Shown here: in pieces, positions 12,998 through 16,839 of the stretch
How the letters are laid out: each line of letters opens with the position of its first letter
Numbering within the stretch: position 1 is the stretch's first letter
Source: Zygophlyctis sp. KS116
Lineage: Eukaryota; Fungi; Chytridiomycota
Length of the DNA: 16,839 nucleotides
Assembly: GCA_054661495.1 (NCBI GenBank)
Contig: BAAFSQ010000220.1
Span: 1-16,839 of the forward strand
Direction: 5' to 3'
Program-made: the position numbers and the translations under genes
Notes under the pieces: model-generated
Told to the model about the DNA's origin: nothing
Database searches by the model: none
The model's input: the letters and a program-made list of their open reading frames with translations, nothing else

Positions 12998-14615
12998 TTA
13001 TTGAAAAATGGATGCTCTCCTTCCTTCTACCATCCGTATGATATTTTTAGGAGACAATAATGAGGCTGTATCCATAATTCTACTGATTGGTTTCTCCGGA
13101 TTTAATCGTGTATTAAGTTTTTCTGTCGATTGCTTTGATGGTTTGATTTTAGATGTATCCGCCTGTATATATTTTCTGTAAGATACGGGTTTCCATCTTG
13201 TCTTCTTTTCATTATTAGTGTTTTTGTTTTTTAGTGCATTCGCTTCCTTAGCGGCTTTCCTTGCATAAGATGCACTCCCCCCTCCTCTCAAAGTAGCAAA
13301 CTTCCTTGATCCAATGGGGGTTTTCGTCTCTATACTTTTTAGAATCGTTAGAATTTCTGAAGGAGTAGTTGGTTTCTCTTTGGCTGGTAGAATATAAACA
13401 GGAGTTCGTCCTATGGTATTCCCTCTAGCTAAATTTAATGGTCTCGGCGCAGTGTCATCATATTGTTCCCCATACAAATTCATTCCAACCATTTTTTGAT
13501 ACATGACTTGTGTCTTGAGCTTTATTTGTTTATCCATACGTCTCCGTGAGTTATCTATCCCCTGCAATAGCAAAATTCTAATGTCATGTAAGGATTCAAT
13601 TTGTGGCCCAAATAAACTACGAATTAAATCTGGCGGGACATTGATGGTTTCGAGCATATCAACCATCTGTATATGATCAGGTGCCTCAATATGGTTTTCA
13701 ATGACATATAGTAGTCTTCTCAGTGTAATCTGAAATAAGAAAATTAACTGACTTACCTGTTCAATTTGGAATTTGTCAACATTGTTACGAACAGTCTGAC
13801 TTTTTTTCTTTGATCCACTTTTGCTAGATAAAGGATGGATATCTTCTGCTAAAATAGATACGTCGGAATAATCATCAGTACGGTTTGGGATTGTCGTTTC
13901 TAAGCGGAAAGTATGTTGATGATCTATAACTACACTAGTTGTTTTTGGTCTAATACCGGTCCCAGTCCCTATAATACCTGAGAATTCTTCAGAATCCTTT
14001 TTAAGTCCTTCAAAATTGCAATTTACTGCACGGACCCGACCCCGACATGCCCTTTCAAAGGCTCTACTACTTGATCTACTGCTGCATCTCTCTATTAATG
14101 GCTTTTTAGATAGATCCGCCTTATCAAAATTAACTACTATAAGTGATTCTAAATAATTGTCAAAGATTGTCCTATCATGATTCTGAGCTTCAATAACTCT
14201 TGCTCTTCCAGGTGCTGATTGAGGCCTTGTACGTTCTGTTGATATTAAGCTTGATGATGGCTGGCTTGCTTCAATGACTTCTTCAGAAGCTTCGGAAGGA
14301 AGTTTTTGGTGTCTAGCAGCAGTATATGGCCGAGCCTTTGACTCTCTCTGAAAACTGGGAAGTTGGAATGATACCCGACGATCTAGTTCTTAAGTGATTA
14401 TTGATCTTACCATCCCTTATTTTTGTAGCAATTGATACATTTCCGCTTTTACGGTAATGTCCGACCGTATTCGAGGTGTTGCTATCGGTCATCAACTGGA
14501 CAAGATCAGGAGATTCTGGTATATAAGGATGAGCAAATGATGGAATAACGGTTATTGGAGCATTCACTAGATTATTATTAATATTAACAATAGAATCGTC
14601 AGCATTAGGCTTCAT
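12998..14615 (-). CDS. Hypothetical protein, Ser/Arg/Lys-rich, largely low-complexity
   Basis: Exons 14615-14411, 14382-13757, 13729-12998 (introns 14383-14410, 28 nt; 13730-13756, 27 nt, stopless). This joins two ORF-track fragments through a 626-nt open exon that lacks a start codon; 520 aa. Contains RPYTAA, RPQSAPGR and RPKTT. No family recognised. Confidence 0.75.
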
Positions 14616-14646
14616 TTCTATGATAACCGTGAATGACGTAGATTCT

Positions 14647-14664
14647 ATGACGAAATTTCGTCAT
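14647..14664. promoter_or_regulatory. Perfect 18-bp palindrome ATGACGAAATTTCGTCAT, candidate dimeric TF site
   Basis: Perfect dyad 32-49 bp upstream of the ATG at 14615, in a 76-bp intergenic gap. An additional ATGACGTA lies at 14633-14640. Function is inferred. Confidence 0.5.
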
Positions 14665-14691
14665 TCCAATCAGGCATTTAATAAATGAAAT

Positions 14692-16031
14692 CTAATCATT
14701 ATGAATTATGGAAACTATAAATTTAAATAAGATCAAAATACCAGACTCAAAATCCTCAAAAGGATCAACATTTTCTTGATCCTCCTTGATTTGTTCAAGG
14801 TCAAATTTGTCATCTGATTCCGAATCTCTCATGTTTCTAAAGTAAGAAGTATCTTTCGGAGATTGCAGTTTAGGTACGATAGGTGGAGTTTGATGTCTTA
14901 AAAGAGCCCAAGAAACAGATTTGAACCACGGATGCATTTTGACATCAGAAGCGCCCTTTTTCGATCCCAAACGCTTCTTCTCGTCTTTTCGTAGTAGTTT
15001 CTTTATAAGTTGTTTTCCAGTAGATGAAATAGGAACATGCAGAGGAAAAGAAACCTCTCGATTTAAAACATTTCTAAATGTTTCATTCCTATCTACACCT
15101 TTGAATGGGGTAGATCCAACCTAGCTTGAGTAAAATTTCTACTTACAATCATTTCATATATAAGTATTCCTAGAGTCCACCAATCAACAGCAGCTGTATG
15201 ACTTACTCCTTCTATAACTTCTGGACATATATATTCTTCTGTTCCAACAAAAGAATTTGTTCTTAAATTTGCAGTACATACTTTAGTGTCCAAGTTCTGA
15301 TTGAGAGAAAACTAGAATATTTACTTTTAAAAAATTACAAAATGATTTTTAATTATAGTAGGTTGACCAGCAGTCCCAGGTTTTGAAAGATCAAAATCAG
15401 TCAGCATTATATGACCACTATCATGAAGCAAAATATCTAAAATTTAGTAAATAATAGTACTTTCTGGTTTCAAATCTCTATAAATAAACCCCATTAAATG
15501 CAAAAATTCCAAAGCACAAACCACTTCTGCAGCATAAAATCTAGAGTCTGGTTCAGATAAGCATTTCCAAGGTGAAGTCTGTAGAGCTCTAAAGAATTCG
15601 CCTCCTTGACAAAATTCCGTCACAAAGTATAAATTATGTTGCGATTGAAAGGTATGATATAAAGTGACGACAAACGGATGATTAACATTCATCAAGATTT
15701 CCTGCTCAGCCAAAACTCTCTTAATCTTTTTTCTCTTGATCATATCTTTTTTTGACAGAACCTTCATTGCAAAGTATTTTTGATTAGACTTTTGCATTAC
15801 CAGATACACTTTGCCAACATCCCCTCTTCCGATTAGTTTGATCTTTTCATAATCGCTGTGAGTAATTGGACAAGGAACTTTTTTTAGCGATCCGACGCTT
15901 TGCTGCCTTGGATTGGGATCAGATAGATTTAAGGATGAAAATGATTTTGATAGATCCATCTTTGATAGTGAAGCAAATGTATTATGCAAGAAAGAAGCTG
16001 TTTTCCTCAACTTGAAGTCTTTGCCTTTCAT
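14692..16031 (-). CDS. nrc-2: AGC-family Ser/Thr kinase, Nrc-2/Fpk1(Kin82)/Ppk14 flippase-kinase type
   Basis: Exons 16031-15461, 15436-15339, 15311-15147, 15120-14742, 14714-14692 (introns of 24, 27, 26, 27 nt); 411 aa. Motifs [56 protein letters not shown] (family DFD), [17 protein letters not shown] and DPFEDFES-V. Confidence 0.92.
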
Positions 16032-16303
16032 TAGGGAAGTTTCAGGAGTGTGTTTGAGTTGTGACGTTGATCTGTTTCAAACGATTCAATTTTTTCTGGT
16101 TTGATCCAAGCGGTAAATTTTTATTTGGGCAATTGCAAATTTGATAAAAATCTGAAATTTGAGATCTGAAATTTAGAAATTTAATTGATACTACTGCGAT
16201 CAATATTAAGGTTGGAAATTCAATAAAGCAGGAGTTTATTACAGTGCATTTTTATATTTTGAATTGATCAAAAGCCTAGGTTTGAGTTGCATAAATTTAT
16301 CTT

Positions 16304-16839
16304 ATGAGTCGTTGCGAATACTGTCCATCATTGTTTCATTCTTCTAGCCAATGTAAACTCAAGCCAAAAGTCTTAAGTCGGACGCCATCGGAAGAGATCA
16401 GAGAGATCAGCGGAAATAAGAATAGAGTAGAAGATTATTTGGTATTTTCAGATAGAGTCAATGAAACAAATATGAAAAAGTTGGTTTCTCCATTCTCTTT
16501 CTCTTTAGAGAGTTTAGCAGATAAAGGAGCGACAACCGATAATCAATTTTATATAGATAAAGGCGGTGAACGATCTACAAATTTAGAATCACCAAATCAG
16601 CCTTCCAAGGCAAATGAAACAGACTCTTCTAAAGATTCTTGGGGTAATGCATCAGGTTCTCCTAAAGATTCTTGGGGTAATGCATCAGATAATAGAAATG
16701 GATCAATAGTAACCGATAAAAATCAGTCTGAGCAGTCACCAAGAAGTTTTACCGCTCAAAGGAATACTGATAGTTATCATCAAAGGAATTATAATTGGAG
16801 AAATGGTGAGAATAATAGATCAAATCCTACAAAAACTTA
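16304..16839 (+). CDS. CCHC zinc-knuckle protein with WG repeats (5' part only; runs off the window)
   Basis: Frame is open from ATG 16304 to the window end (178 codons). MSR-CEYCPSLFHSSSQC fits CX2CX4HX4C, followed by a polar low-complexity region with KDSWGNAS twice. Not in the supplied ORF track. Confidence 0.75.
   Translation, partial: MSRCEYCPSLFHSSSQCKLKPKVLSRTPSEEIREISGNKNRVEDYLVFSDRVNETNMKKLVSPFSFSLESLADKGATTDNQFYIDKGGERSTNLESPNQPSKANETDSSKDSWGNASGSPKDSWGNASDNRNGSIVTDKNQSEQSPRSFTAQRNTDSYHQRNYNWRNGENNRSNPTKT
16629..16688 (+). repeat. In-frame 27-bp exact repeat (33-bp period) encoding KDSWGNAS x2
   Basis: CTAAAGATTCTTGGGGTAATGCATCAG at 16629-16655 and 16662-16688. Confidence 0.9.

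Noticed and set aside
14692-16031. Phototropin-like photoreceptor kinase
   Set aside because: The kinase domain has the related DFD signature, but the N-terminus is short, has no LOV domain, and an in-frame stop lies upstream of the ATG.
10907-16688. Short direct repeats as a CRISPR array or transposon ends
   Set aside because: Only 2-3 adjacent copies without spacers, a eukaryotic context, and no cas, transposase or RT sequence in the window.

Overview
Extremely compact, AT-rich eukaryotic (fungal-like) nuclear DNA read with the standard genetic code. The proteins point to an early-diverging, probably zoosporic/chytrid-type fungus, but the taxon is inferred. Manual splicing resolves the fragmented ORF track into 12 complete genes plus one gene running off the right end. 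In order: complex I subunit NDUFS8/TYKY (+), a coiled-coil protein resembling C20orf96/DUF4618 (-), exosome RRP43 (+), a triple-KH RNA-binding protein (+), a 4-TM PY-motif membrane protein (-), a beta-TrCP-like F-box/WD40 protein (-), GST-zeta/maleylacetoacetate isomerase (-), VPS45 (+), DIM1 (-), ASH2/BRE2 (+), an unknown Ser/Arg-rich protein (-), an Nrc-2/Fpk1-type AGC kinase (-) and a CCHC zinc-knuckle/WG-repeat protein (+, partial). The striking property is the gene architecture. Of 37 inferred spliceosomal introns, 36 are only 24-34 nt, with a hard floor at 24, degenerate signals and one GC-AG case. The single outlier is a 99-nt VPS45 intron that folds into a nested hairpin. Convergent stop codons lie as little as 2 and 6 bp apart, and the tiny intergenic regions carry shared and palindromic motifs. 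No RNA genes, CRISPR arrays or transposase/RT genes were recognised.
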